Assembly: GCF_009914755.1 (NCBI RefSeq)
Contig: NC_060936.1
Length of the DNA: 64,000 nt
Direction: 5' to 3' (one strand)
Source of the DNA: the human T2T-CHM13v2.0 reference genome, Homo sapiens
This document shows, in pieces, positions 36,814 through 59,937 of this stretch (positions are counted from its first letter, which is position 1; each line of letters begins with the position of its first letter). Both the position numbers and the translations under genes were made by a program. The notes under the pieces are model-generated. The model was not told where the DNA came from, did no database searches, and saw only the letters and a program-made list of their open reading frames with translations.

Positions 36814-39800
36814 CTGCATTAGGAAAATTAGAAAAGCCAATTTTATTTATGGATAGAAGTTCATAATCTATCTAGAGAGATGGGCTATGCGAACATAAAA
36901 AGTTAATGCAAAATAATTCACATAACAACAAATGACTAAGTGCTGACTGCATGGCACAGACTATGAGATGAGAGAAGGAAAAGCCCTGTGAGCTACTGGT
37001 GAGGTTTCACGGCCAACACAGGACCTGCGCTGCACCTGGAGAGACGGGAATCATTTGTATTGATAAAGAGGTGTGCGGGGGATTTTGCAGGTAAAAGGAG
37101 TATCATGAACAAAGATGCAGAAATGAAAATCCAGGCATCATGTTCTACCTGACTGCTGTGGAATTCACATGAAGGAACAAAGGGACATATGTTTGGAGAA
37201 GGAAAAGGTCAGATTTCAGAAGCTGTGACATGTCAGCCAAAGGAATTAGGATTTCATTGGATAAGCAATAAAAAAAAATTAGAGGCTTTGTAAAAGTCTT
37301 TTGAGATGATTGGTAAAGGAAGACTCAGAGAAGGGAGCATTTAGAAAAGGAAAGAAAACATTTATTTTCCAAGACAGACACACTTCAGCAGAACTGGCTA
37401 GCCAAATATGAGTATTTACATTTAAAAGGTGCAAAATTACCCAGGTTTCCAAGTTAGCATTAGTCTGCACATGCAGGAAAGACAGTAGCTTTCTCACATG
37501 ATTTTCATATTCACAAAGGTCATGATGTATCTTCAGACACCACCATGGCAACTGTCAGATATAAAATGGTTTATGAAAAACATTCAAGGTTTTACCATTA
37601 TAGAGACCACACCCAGCCAGGGTGACCTTGTTAATTTTGATTTATGTCTGAGAGTTGCATGTTTTCTCTGACTGCCGTATGTGAAGTGCTTAATTATATT
37701 GAAAGCAGGGCGAAGTGTCATTTTTTGCTTCTATATGATCAAAGTAGAAATGGGGATCAATACATTTGACACTGGTATTTAGTTTGGGTTGTTGGGATGA
37801 GCAGAACCAGGAAGACCAGAAGGCTATGTAGATCTGAGTTGTATCTGTTTTCCAGCTTCACCACTAAGAAACTGAGGCAGAAGGGTCAACCCACCTGCTC
37901 AATAACATATTACACAATATAGTGAGGCCATGGTGCAGAATTGACATTACAGTTTTCAGCCCCAGCTGTCCAACCCTTCTGATTAGCTTGCTGAACGATT
38001 TTACTCCTCTTTCAATAGCTACCAGTGAATTAATTCAAGTGTGGGTGTGTTTTGGAGTTACTTTCAACAAGACAAATGCTATAGGCCTTACAAGCAGCAC
38101 CTACAATTCAATTATTCTTAATTAGGTGGTGCTAATCTAAGAAAGAATCATCGTGCAAGTTCCTTGATGCCTCCCTGGATATCTCAGCATTATTGTCAGA
38201 GCATCTGCCTCCTTTATTGCTAATTCCAAAACATATGATTTACCTCACATTTTATTACATTTTGGGGTTTTCCCCCTTGAACCTGGAATGTGCAATTGGT
38301 GTGTTGTTAGGTTCTTAATCTGGCCTCAGAAGGAGCAATGCGAAGTTGCAAATATGCCTCTGTGGTATCATACTGATTCAGCCATTAAGAGATTCCCATT
38401 ATTTCTGCTACCCGGCTCCATGTGTTTCTGTGATGATGGAAGGAAGCACTTTCTAAAATCTTGACTGTTTATTTGGTATTCACTACATGATGAGCTTTCT
38501 GTTGTTCAGTACTCATTAAGCACTTAAAAAGTATAATACAGTGCTATAATATAATTTATAAGTAGAGAATTGTTTCCATATATGTTACCCAAAGATGCAA
38601 AATTCAAACCTTCTCAGGTCTTTATTTGTGTCACACAATGATTTTTTTTTAACAGAATGTTGGCTGAGACTTTTTCTTTTATCCTGATACTGCTGTTAAT
38701 TTAGTCCTGCTTTTTACTGGTCTAACATACACAGGACCATCTGCCAAAATATACACATGGCTCCATAACTAGGCAATTACAATTGTGTCTATGTATAAAA
38801 ACTGCATTCAGGCAGCAAGTGTTGGTGGTAGAGGTAGGAGGGGAAAAGAGAAGGATAAATTGCAGATGTTTTAGACTTGGAAGTAAAAAGGCTAACAAAA
38901 TGTTCCAAATAAAATATTTTTGTTGTTTTCCTTTTGTAAAATAAGTTTGTCTTTCGAAATTATAACAAACATGGTTACATCACAGTAATAGCTCAGTAAG
39001 ATTCAGAATACTTCAAAGATGGTTTTGCTCATCAAATGAACTCAACAACTTAATTTTTAAATGCAATTGTAAATTAATATAAGTTAAAATACAAATAAAA
39101 CTTTCCCTTTAAAAGTAATTTTTGAGAACAAAACCTGGCCTTGGAATCTTTGCCTTTTCCTTCCTCTGCTGGAAGTGTTCATCTAAGCTGGTTTTATGGC
39201 ATCTTATTTAAAAAGCATCATTGGGCTGGGTGTAGTGACACATGCCAGTCATCCAAGCACTTTGGGAAGTCTAAGCAGAAGGATCACTTGAGCCCAGGAG
39301 CTTCAGATCAGCCTGGGCAACATAGTCTAAAGAAAATAAAATTTTAAAAAGTAATTAAAAAGCATCATATTATCTAATAGGGTGGTAATGCAGGAGGGAC
39401 CCTCTACTCCAATTGGATTTCAAAATGAGAAGCTGAAGCTGTATGGATCACTATATCCTTTTTTTAAAATTGTGTTAAAATACACATACCATAAAATTTG
39501 CCATCTTAACCAATTTTAAGTGTACAGTTCAACTGTGTTAAATATATTCACATTGTCATGCTATCAATCTCAAGAACTTTTTTTCTTTTGCCAAACTGAA
39601 ACTCTATACCCATTAAACAACCCTCATTCCCATCCTCCCAGCCCCTGAAACTATACTCTTTTAAGAAAACCCTGTTTAATTTCCCTTTAGTGCTGTCTCA
39701 TCATTGCCATCAGTTTTCCGCCTCTGGGAAGTCACATCACCTGTTCTGTCACCCTGCCCTCTCTAGCTCTTAGCTTTGCCACACTCATCTCCATTCTTTT

Positions 39801-40770
39801 CCTAAACATCAGGCTCCTCAATATTCCTAATCCTAATCCTACTCAACATTCTCTATCTCCTCCTCAGCATTTGTATTGGCCAGTGTAGCTCTTTCTCTTT
39901 TAAAAAAATTTTTTAGATTGATTCTTGGTTGGCATTTTATTTATTTTATTACTTTTTTTTTGAGACAGGGTCAGCCAGGCTGGAGCGCTGTGGCACAATC
40001 TTGGCTCACTGCAGCCTCCACCTCCTGGGATCAAGCTATCCTCCCACCTCAGCTCCTGAGTAGGTGGGACTACAGGCTCACACCACCAAACCCAGCAACC
40101 CAGACACCTCGCCACAAGCTCTCGCTCATATTTCCCTGAGAGCTCCAAATTCTTCACCCACACCAGAGCTTAGGGAGAACTGGTTAGTAGCTCTTTCTTG
40201 ATCCTCCTCCCTTCAGACTTTCACTTCCTCAGCTTCCCTCACAATTGGGCAAGGTCTAATTCATATAATCACTTCCTTATTCTGTGACATTTTTGGTGGC
40301 TTTGCTTCCCTGACTGAACACCGACTGATAAAATGGCAGAGGAGGAAAAACAATTTCCCTCTACCTTTCTAAGTTCAGCAGCTGGGGCCCTGCCAATAAA
40401 ACTGATAAAAGACAGATTAATAGGAGAAAAGGCATACAAATGTTATTTGATATTAATATGTTTACATGTACATGGAGGCCTTTGTAAAAAAGAAATGAAG
40501 ATTCAAAGAAGCAAATAGGCTTGAGCACTTATATACCATTTCAACAAAGAATGCTAAATTCTGGAGCTATGACAGGTCAAAGGAAACGGAGGCAAGGGAA
40601 TGTCCTAGGGGTGGTAAATGTGAGGCGTAAATATATGAGGAAATTAATGGTAAATAAAGGTTGTTTAGTAAGATTTGTTCTGCAGATTTGTCTTGGTGCA
40701 TCTCAGGGCTGATAAGAGTTCTAGAGTCCTCTCAAGTAATTAAGAGTCCTGGTGATTAAGAGTTGTTCTC

Positions 40771-40975
40771 CTGGGAGCTGTGGCTCACACACCTGTAATC
40801 TCAGCACTTTGGGAGGCCAAGGCAGAAGGATCATTTGAGACCAAAAGTTCAAGACCTGCCTGGGCAACATAGCGAGACCCTGTCTCTACAAAAATAAATT
40901 AGCCAGGTGTGGTGGTGCACACCTGTAGTCCCAGCTACTCAGAAGACAGAGCGAGACCCCATCTCTTAAAAAACA
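40771..40975 (+). mobile_element. AluJ-type with right-arm deletion
   Basis: TSD aagagttgttctc (40758-40770, 41221-41233). Confidence 0.85.
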
Positions 40976-40983
40976 AAAAGAGT

Positions 40984-41220
40984 GATGTTCCCCTTCCTGT
41001 GTCCACGTGTTCTCATTGTTCAATTCCCACCTATGAGTGAGAACATGTGGTGCTTGGTTTTTTGTCCTTGCGATAGTTTGCTGAGAATGATGGTTTCCAG
41101 CTTCATCCATATCCCTACGAGCTGATGGGTGCTGCACACCAACATGACACATGTATACATATATAACTAACCTGCACGTTCTGCACATGTACCCTAAAAC
41201 TTAAAGTGTAATTTAAAAAA
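40984..41220 (+). mobile_element. Tiny twin-primed (5'-inverted) L1PA insertion
   Basis: Antisense L1 3' piece to ~41118, then sense 3' end with A tail; TSD aaaaagagt. Confidence 0.85.
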
Positions 41221-41779
41221 AAGAGTTGTTCTCTTCTTTCTGGTACAAAAGAGGTAAACACCTTTACAAGTAGAAATTTATGTCCTGCTTTTAGTCAGAT
41301 GGAGGAGGGCAGAGAGTTTTTTCTGCATAAGCTATTTCTTAATTGCCTTCAGCTCAAAATAATCCTCATGCCAAAGTGGCATATTCTGGTTCCCTTCACA
41401 ATATATGTATGTGTGTAGAAAAATGTCTGAAAAGATACATACCAAATGTAAACCCTGGTTATCTCTGAGCTTATGTGAATTTTTTTACCTTTTACTCATT
41501 TGTATTTCCTAGTTTTTAAAAGAATAACTGTGGGTTAACTAAGCTGAAATGATTAAAGACAGAAAAATTTCTATTTACATTACAACAATTGAGTAACAAC
41601 CCATTCTTAAACAAGAACCTTGGTAGGAATGAATGGGACACAAACTACCTGGCATTCATATGAGAACCTTCTCTTCAATGTAGGCAGCCTGAAGTACTCA
41701 ATTTATTCCCTGAGATGACTAAGGAATCTCTGAAATACTGTGGATATTTGTTAAAAAAGGAAAGACAGAATTATTATAC

Positions 41780-41832
41780 CTTTTCAAACTTTTGATTCAC
41801 TTTCACATTTCTTTACTGAGTCTTTTCCCACC
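41780..41832 (-). other. Candidate 53-nt exon (stop codons in all frames)
   Basis: ctaccttgccag|GGTGGG...TTTGAAAAG|gtataa. Confidence 0.45.
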
Positions 41833-42779
41833 CTGGCAAGGTAGATATATAAATCTTAGTTTTACAAAGAGAGGGACTGACACATAGGACAAAAAAGAGT
41901 CAACTAAAGAATTTATAATACAAATGTTTTATGCTTAATGTTTTTCTAAAACCATTGCAAATAAAGATTAAGGTATTTGTGGACATAGGCAAATTCTGTA
42001 TGTGTTTGGTCAATCTTGGCAAGGAAGTGGTTGTCAAGGATTTTTTGTTTGTTTGCTTTCACAAGGCAGACTGATTTATCTGCAGGCAAAGTGGAAAGTG
42101 TTTAGAATAATTGATATGCTATAAAGTATTCATAATTAATAATTATTATAAATTAACTTCATAAATAACATTTTGGCACAAAAGAGTTGGCAAATGATCA
42201 GCAGATTTGACAATTCTTTAAAAATGAACATTGTAGCAAATGAATCTGTTGTGTGTAGCATGTAATTACAGTGCTGTGGATAAGGTGCTAAGCTATCAAA
42301 AGGAAAAGTATGCTCTAAATTGGCCTCCTGGAGCATGAGGGTTGTGAGAAGCACATTACAACACTCTAATAAATTACCCATGTCACCAGCTTGGGCAACA
42401 TAGTGTGACTTCATCTCTACAAAAAAAATTTTTTAATTAGCTGGGCATGATGGCACACACCTGTAGTCCCAGCTACTCAAGAGGCTGAGGTGGGATCACT
42501 TGAGGTCAAGGCTGAGCCAAGATCATGCCACTGTATTCAAGCCTGGATGACAGTGTGAACCCCTGTCTCGAAAAAAAAAATATTACCTATGTCAAATGGG
42601 CAAATATTAATATAAATATTAATATAAAAGCCAAGAGAAATTCTCTTTAAAAATAAAAATTACATAATTCTTCCAGTAATTAACTACATTTGCCCAAACA
42701 AGACAATATAGCAACAGGGGAAAATGGAAAAACAAAAGGATGCATGTTTGATGTTCTAAGGTTAAGAATAAGACCACTA

Positions 42780-43082
42780 GGCCAGGCACGGTGGCTCATT
42801 CCTGTAATCCCAACACTTTGGGAGGCCGAGGTAGGCAGATCACCTGAGGTCAGGAGTTTGAGACCATCCTGACCAACATGGTGAAATTCCATCTCTACTA
42901 AAAATACAAAAATTAGCCGGCCATGGTGGCAGACGTCTGTAATCCCAGCTACTCTGGAGGCTGAGGCAGGGAGAATCGCTTGAACCTGGAGGGGCAAAGG
43001 TTGCAGTGAGCTGAGATCGCGCCATTGCACTCCAGCCTGGGTGACAGAGTAAGACTCTGTCTCAAAAAAAAAAAAAAAAAAA
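42780..43082 (+). mobile_element. AluS-type SINE
   Basis: TSD aagaataagaccacta. Confidence 0.93.
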
Positions 43083-43569
43083 GAATAAGACCACTAAAGT
43101 CTGGTCTTGCCACTTATTGCTTTGTCTTAGGCAAAAAATATGTTTCTATCACTCAGTTTTCTCATCTATAAAGTGAGGATAGTACTATCTAACCCATAAC
43201 ACTACCATAAATATTTGATGAGCTAATCAATATAAAGTAAAAACATCATACTTACTACTCAATAAGTATGAACCATGAGAAAAAGCTTAGCTCCTTTAAT
43301 AAACTGGTATGTGTGGGGTAGGGTAAGGGACTTTATGGAAGATAGAGCTTAAAACAGCCAGAGATTAGCTAAATGAGTCTTTTGCACATTTTTAAGCTAA
43401 TATGCTAATTAGCATCTCTAGAAATTAGACAGTAAACTGAGAAGAACAGATAGAAAAGAGAATTAAAACTCCTTATGTTAAAAACAGCAACAAATTGTTG
43501 AATTAAACATAGTAAGTTGAACTCACATATTTACCTTTGCTTCTTCACTAACCTCCACTAAAATGAAAG

Positions 43570-44033
43570 TGTGATGGTTAATTTTACATGTCAACTTGGC
43601 TGGGCTAAGGAATGCCCAGATAGCTGGCAAAACATTATTTCTGTGTGTGCCTGTGAGGATGTTTCTGAAAGAGGTTAGCATTTGAATCAGTAGAATGAGT
43701 AAGGAAAATTGCCTTCAGCAATCTGGGTGGCCATGATCAATCCATTAAGAGCCCAAATAGAAAAAAAAAAAATGTAGAGGAAAGGCAAATTCTCTCTCTT
43801 CTTGAGCTGGGATATCCATCTTCTCCTGCTTTTAGACAATGGAGGTCCCAATTCTCAGATCTTCAGCCTCGGATTGAATTGCACCACTGGCTTTCCAGGT
43901 TCTCCAGCTTGCAGAGGGCAGGTGGTTGCACTTCTCAGCCTCCATTATTGTGTGAGCTAATTCCCATAATAAATTTTCTCATGTATAATCCCTATTGGTT
44001 CTGTCTGTCTCTCTGGAGAACTCTGATAAACAC
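43570..44033 (+). mobile_element. MLT2B-type ERVL LTR
   Basis: tgtgatggttaatttta..tgtcaacttggctgggctaagg...cctattggttctgt..ctctggagaac. Confidence 0.85.
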
Positions 44034-45033
44034 AGATAGTAAAAGAGGAAAGGCATAAACCCACATGAACAAAGAAAACTGGAAGAGAGATAAATGCAGC
44101 AACAAAAATTTGAAAACTGGAAAGCAAATGAAGAAGTTATTATCCTCTTCTCTGCCTAAATGTAAGCAGGCAATGGGGAAATCCCAGAAATAAGCTATCT
44201 GAATTTTTAAAATCCTGGGGAAATATCAGGAACTGAAGCATAAGGTGCCACTGAAAGCAAGGGAACTGATAGACTTAATGCATGAGAACTAGCTGAAAGT
44301 TCATATAAGATGCTGCTAGACCACAGCCATCTATTTCACCCTTCCTCCCCCTTCATCCCACCCCCACCACTCCCACACCTGCCCTCCACCTTTTGCCACC
44401 ATATAACGCCATTCCTCCACTATGGCAGAAGCCTGGAGTTTAACTGGTTAGAGAGTTCGACCAAAAAGACTGAATTTGGGTACACTGTGCTTCACAGAGA
44501 ATGAGGGGTATTCTACCAAAAAAAGACGGGAGGTGGTTTAAGTGAAAGGCAACAACCCCTTTCCCCTACTTAGATTCCAAAACATGGCAGTCAGTTTCAA
44601 ACCACATAAACAAGAGTTTCTTAGGAATCTGACCAGTACTCCCCACCCCCCAAAAAAGACCTATACATACTGAGAGTCAGGGGCTCCCAATAAAACAGTA
44701 CAAATAGATTACTGTATTATAGAGTCTATTAGGTAATAAATCCCACCCATGCATAGAGTTTCCCATCAGCTTTTAGGTAGCTCGATATTAAATATGAGAA
44801 GATAGTCAAGAATCATCAGTCATTAGAAATATTCAATCTAACATGAAAGACAGAGGTCAAAACAAAGAATAAAAAGAAACTGTGACTGAGCTAATACAAA
44901 ATCATTAATATCCATGGAAAGATAAGAGTGCATCCTTGAAACAAGAACAATATGCTATTAAAAAGGACATTCAGAGAACAAAAAAAAATTCTTGGAAATT
45001 AAAAATATGAAAACTAATTAAAAACTCAATAGA

Positions 45034-45377
<344 letters not shown>

Positions 45378-46573
45378 TTATAGGTTTATTAGAGAACTAG
45401 CCCAGGCTATGAAATGTCTGAAAAATACATGTTCCAGAAAGAGAGATAAAAAGTGAAAGGAAAGTATTCAAGACAATTTCCCAGAAATAAAGGTTCAAAT
45501 GTCAAATGTCCAAATCAAAAGTTTTTTAAGTACCCAGCACAATGAAGGAGAAAAGGCTCATCCCCATGTTCATCATCATGAAATTTCAGAACTCCGAGAA
45601 TTACCCAGTGGAATGAAGATCTCCAGGAGAAAAGACTTTAATGGTTTCCAGAAAGACAGGCCATAAACAAGAGTTCAAGAATCAGAGTTCCATCAGACAT
45701 CTCAATAACAATATTACAATTTAGAAGACAATAGAACATATGCCTTCCACATTTAAAGGACAGTTGCTGTCCAAATTAGAGTTCTATACACAGCCAAATT
45801 ATCCAACATGGGAACTCTAGAACAAACACATTTTTTAGGTGTGCAAGATGGGACACTGATTGTTGCCCTTCAATAGCTTTCTTCTTCTTTCTGTCCTCCT
45901 CCTCCTTCTTCTTTTTCTTCTTCTTCTCCTTCTCCTTCTCCTTTGCCTTCTGTAGTAAACATGACAAATTCTATCTGGACCCATGAAGATCCAGAATATG
46001 TAAAAATTTTCCAACTTTCATTCTAGCTAGATGTGTCCATGTGACTAAGCTTTGGGCCAAAAGTATGTAAGTAGAAGTAATTGATGGTACTCCCCAAAAG
46101 TTTTATTAAAAGCTAAAAGCAGGCCCTTTTCCTTCCATTTTTTTTCTCCATAGCTAAAAAGGAGATGGTAGATGGAACCAGAATGGCATTCTTATACTAC
46201 TGGTGGAAGCTATTTGTTAGGAATGACCAAGGAGCAGGCTAGAAGGAGATTGAGTCCCTGATAATAACAGAACTTCCAAATCAGCTTTGACTACATTTAT
46301 GTGAGAGAATAAGCTTCTATCTTCTTTTTTCTCATTTAAAAGAAAATTATCAACTTGATCATATAAGTTTAAAGATGTAACCATCTTACTTTGTTACATC
46401 TCCATCAAGATAGTTCAGTATTTAGGTTACAGGTATATGACTGAGAGTTCAATTCTCTTTTGTGATAAGCATGGATTATTCGAGCTATCATTCAATATTC
46501 ACTTTTCAGATACATGAAGCTTGTTGACTCACATTCAAATTCACATTTGCTACTTTTTAAAATCATTTCTCGG

Positions 46574-53053
<6,480 letters not shown>

Positions 53054-53366
53054 AAAAAAATCATTTCTCCTCATTTGTGGCATTAAGCCATATTGCTTAT
53101 AATATGAAGAGCTGTTGACATCTTTCCTACCCATAAACATGACCATATGACCACCACTTATTCATATTTTCATGCATCTAAGTGCATAAAAAGGCAGTAA
53201 GTATATTTCTTAGAATATACCATTGAAAGCAGATTTTAAATCTACCTGTTTTTCTTAACTTCTGTTGGTTTTCTCCCACAGTTAAGGAAAGGAATAGTAA
53301 TTTTTCATTTCATTCTAATCACACTAGTAATTTTTCACACTAATACAATGTCTAATATATTCCCAC

Positions 53367-53730
53367 TGTATTAATCTGTTCTCACACAACTATGAAGAAA
53401 TACCCGAGACTGGGTAATTTAAAAAGGAAAGAGGTTTAATTGACTCACAGTTCTGCATTGCTGGGGAGGCCTCAGGAAACTTACAATCATGGTGGAAGGC
53501 AAAGGAGAAGTAGGCACCTTTTTCACAGGGTGGCAACAGAGAGTGAGTGCAAGCAGGAGTAATGCCAGACACATATAAAACCATCAGATCTCGTGAGATT
53601 CACTCATTATCATGAGAACAGCATGGGGGAAACCGCCCCCATGATCCAATTACCTCCTTGATACATGGGGATTACGGGGGCTACAATTCAAGGTGAGATT
53701 TGGGTGGGGACACAGAGCCAAACCATGTCA
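53367..53730 (-). mobile_element. MST/THE1 MaLR solo LTR
   Basis: Typical termini; TSD c(c/a)cac. Confidence 0.88.
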
Positions 53731-53739
53731 CACACCAAA

Positions 53740-54513
53740 GAAAAGTAGGCTGTGGTGCACAGCTGTTAAGTTTCCATAAAATCAGGGAAGACCATGAACA
53801 TTTCAGAAGAGCACTCTTACTAAAGTTTATATTTGAATGACTGGCTGGAAATGCATCGATGTTCAGGGCTTCACCTGCTCTAAAAGTGCACACGTCATAT
53901 GCCCACACTGTGTCTATCCCCTCCCTGGTTACATGGTCTGGGGTCCAGTGGGGGAAAGGGAACCGGCAAGCAATGACTCTGGCATCATCCTCAAGTTCAA
54001 GTTTCTTCTCCAACTGCAGCATCATCTGAGAGGCACACCAAAAATAAGTGTTTGAGTACTATGAAAAAGTAACTGCCCACAAATCTGAAATATAAAATTT
54101 GGCAGAGCCATGCACACTTTCTTGCCAACCGTGATACTTGGAATACCAAACTAGCCACGGATTTAATTCACAACCAACTGCTGTGAATCTTTCCTTTGCA
54201 GCTGTTATTACTGTGTTATTAATGTGTCCATCGCCATTACCAATGTCTACCAGGGATCCTCCTCTGCATAGCAACATTTTCACATTTTTTATCTGCTTTG
54301 TAGTTGCAGGTACAAAAGGCAAACAGACTTTTGAGAGGATTGGTGCTATAAATGGCATAGCTACAGCATACAGCCACCAGAGTCCCGCCCACAATCTCAA
54401 TAAATAAAAACCCCTAGTTGCTTTTCTTCAAACGGTTGGCTTCAAAAGTCGAAGGTAGAATACGTCTTGACTGACTTTCTTCTTTAAGTGTTTCTAGGGA
54501 TGTACCTCCCCCC
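53740..54513 (-). pseudogene. ATPSCKMT: Processed pseudogene of ATP synthase c-subunit lysine methyltransferase (ATPSCKMT/FAM173B)
   Basis: Contiguous intronless peptides [70 protein letters not shown]; in-frame stops and frameshifts; ancestral stop ~53827-53829. Confidence 0.92.
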
Positions 54514-55016
54514 ACTCTTTTGGGAGTTTCTATCTTCTTTAAGCCACCATTACTTTGGGTTTCTGTCACTGTAGCCAACCTTATCCTGGCTAATCCTACC
54601 TAATGCACAAGTTTTTGAAGGTTTTCTTTGCAAATTATTAAGTTTTATAAATATGGATATAATATGTATATATAACATGATATTTGTGGATTGCATTATT
54701 TAAATCTTCTGTATACTTTTTTGTCTTCTTGATATGCAAATTATGAAAGAAGTTTATTAAAGAGTGACACTATGATGGTGGCTTTACCAATTTCTTACAT
54801 TTTGGGGAAGATTTTGCTGTGTGTACACAAAACCATTATAAAATAGTCCTTTGCCCCATTTTAAACTTTGAGTTTTGATTTTTTCTGATAATACTATATT
54901 TGGTTTCTTACATTTTTATTTTTCTGCTGTGTCCTTCCCCACTTATTTATTTTCAAACTTCAGTTGTCACTTGCTTGAGTATTGCAGAATTGATCTCAGA
55001 GGATTCTGAAGGCTGA

Positions 55017-55317
55017 TTTTTTTTTTTTTTTTTTTTTGAGATGGAGTCTTGCTCTGTCGCCCAGGCTGGAGTGCAGTGGCGCCATCTCAGCTACTGCCAG
55101 CTCTGCCTCCGGGGTTCATGCCATTCTCCTGCCTCAGCCTCCCAGGTAGCTGGGACTACAGGCACCCGCCACCACGCCCAGATAATTTTTTTGTATTTTT
55201 AGTGGAGACGGGTTTCACTGTGTTACCCAGGATGGTTTCGATCTCCTGACCTCGTGATCCACCCACCTCGGCCTCCCAAAGTGCTGGGATTACAGGTGTG
55301 AGCCACTGCGCCCGGCC
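55017..55317 (-). mobile_element. AluY/Sc-type SINE
   Basis: Dimer; TSD aggctgattttt. Confidence 0.92.
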
Positions 55318-55919
55318 AGGCTGATTTTTTTGAGGGATGCTAGACCTGGGAAATTGCCGTCAGCCTCACTCACTCTCATGGTAAGCATTCAGAAAATGTT
55401 GGGATTATTTTGCCTCTGATTTATGGGCAGTTATATAGCTCAGGTCTCTAGAATAGCCAGGTTGTGAGGCAATAGGCAGGGGTTGAAAAAAGAAGGAGAT
55501 GAAAATCCTGTGAGAATGGTAAGGTGAGATTCCCTTGTGTAGCAGAATCTTCACTCAGTGCTGTTGATAAAAAACACAATTCTATTTCCCTATGGAAAGC
55601 TTTGGAGACTGGCAAGTCCACACCACCATTAGGTAGCATGTTATGTCATATCCTGCCTTTGTGCAATTGAGTCCATAAGTTTCCATATTATTTCCTATAA
55701 AAAACATTATATCCTTTAATAACATTGGCATTTTTTCCACCAATCACATCATCATTTTGTTAAGAAAGTCACCAGGTATGTCTTTTGCAGAGAACATGAA
55801 GCTAATTGCCGGATTTTTTTTTTCCTGTAGTATTACCACATAGTTACCATACCATTTAAAAAATATCTTGCTTATTCTTGGACAGCTCTGTTGAGATCTT
55901 TAATATGTTCTCATAAAGT

Positions 55920-58450
<2,531 letters not shown>

Positions 58451-58459
58451 ATCAGGGAG

Positions 58460-58840
58460 TGGTATGGTTTGACTCTGTGTCCCCACCCAAATCTCATCTC
58501 GAATTGTAATCCCCACGTGCCAAGGGAGGGACCTATAATCCTCATGTATCAAGGGAGGAAGGTAGTTGGATCATGGGGCAGTTTCCCCCATCCTGTTCTT
58601 GTCATAGTGAGTGAGTTCTCATGAGATCTGATGGTTTTATAAGTGTTTGACTGTTCTTCCTTCGTGCTCTCTCTCCTGCCACCTTGTGCAGAAAGTACCT
58701 GCTTCCCCTTCCACCATGATTTTAAGTTTCCTGAGGCCTCCCCAGCCATGCAGAACTGTGAGTCAATTAAACCTCTTTCCTTTATAAAGTACCCAGTCTC
58801 AGGGAAGTTCTTTATAGCAGTGTGAAAACAGATTAATACA
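58460..58840 (+). mobile_element. THE1/MST MaLR solo LTR
   Basis: 5-bp TSD GGGAG (58455-58459, 58841-58845). Confidence 0.9.
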
Positions 58841-58888
58841 GGGAGATATACAGCATAACTGCTGGCAACATTAAGAGCCACTTGAGGT

Positions 58889-59750
58889 TGCAAACTACAA
58901 ATCCTAAGCCCTGTACCAACTGAATGGACACCTACCTTGGCCAAGGGGACCCCAGAAAAGCCTCAAAGCAGTTCCCAGCTAAGATGGGACAGGAGGTTGG
59001 ACATACCTCGTTATACCCTCTCCCTTTTGCAGTTTAGACACAATTCACCAGCATTAGTAAAATAGAGATCATAAGACTGACAGAACAGACTCTTCGTAGC
59101 AATAAGATACCAAATCATAAACAGGACCTAAGGCCATGTCAGGCAAGGGTTAAGTCATGCACCCCACATTTCCAAGAATAAACTATGTTCTAATGGCCAC
59201 AAGGTTTTTTTCTCTAGCAGCTAAACAAGCACTGGCCTTGATAAGCAATATTAAAACAATTGCAGCTGATCCATTGCCAGACGCTGACTGAACCCCTGTT
59301 CCACCAGCCATAAGCACCGCTTTTATCAAACAGGAGGCAATTTCAGAAACTTTCTCCATGTAAAAAGACCACCAACTGGACCATGGGCTGGTTCTGGATG
59401 GTTTAGAGAGGTTGTGCCCTTGCATGCCTTCATGTCCTGAAAAGACCTTAAGTCCCCATCCCAAAGTGAACATGGGCCACATATTACATGTATGTTTGTT
59501 CAATAAAAATCTCAGGACCACCTTCATGAACATTCATAGCTCCTCCAGTAATTTGAATACATATGTTTAGCCAACTGTTTTGCATAAAGCTCTTACCCCA
59601 ACCCCACCTTCTTTGAAGACCTTGTCTCTGATCTTGGCCTGAGGCATGCTTCCCAGCCTGTAGGATGGCAACTGTAATCCTTTATAGAAAATAAAAGTCT
59701 TCTTTTTTTAAAATTATATATTGTGTGTGGGTTTTTTTTTTTAATGTTTA
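58889..59750 (+). mobile_element. MER4-family ERV1 LTR
   Basis: aatcctaagccc..ccaactgaatggac..cttggccaaggggacccc...taaaatagagatcataagactgacagaacagactc. Confidence 0.75.
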
Positions 59751-59937
59751 TAAAGTTCATGGCCATGAATTTAAAGTAGGACCAGTAAGCAGTTTTGTTT
59801 CTTCCTTCAGCCATTTTCAGCTGCACTGGTGCAGGTAAAGGATAGATCTAGAGTTGGATTTAACTAAGGTTGTGGTTTTGCCAAAGTAGGATGACAAAGT
59901 GAGAGAGGGCAAGGTTGAGGGCATATGCATGTAAATA

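Larger units (their letters stand above)
40334..41398 (-). mobile_element. MER34-like/MER4-group ERV1 LTR with nested Alu and L1
   Basis: Minus strand begins tgaagggaaccagaatatgccactttggcatgaggattattttgagctgaaggcaatt. Confidence 0.65.

Noticed and set aside
45876-45950. Lys/Glu-rich ORF
   Set aside because: Translation of a (CTT/CCT)n low-complexity tract
53681-54400. Functional methyltransferase gene
   Set aside because: Intronless, with in-frame stops, frameshifts and no intact start
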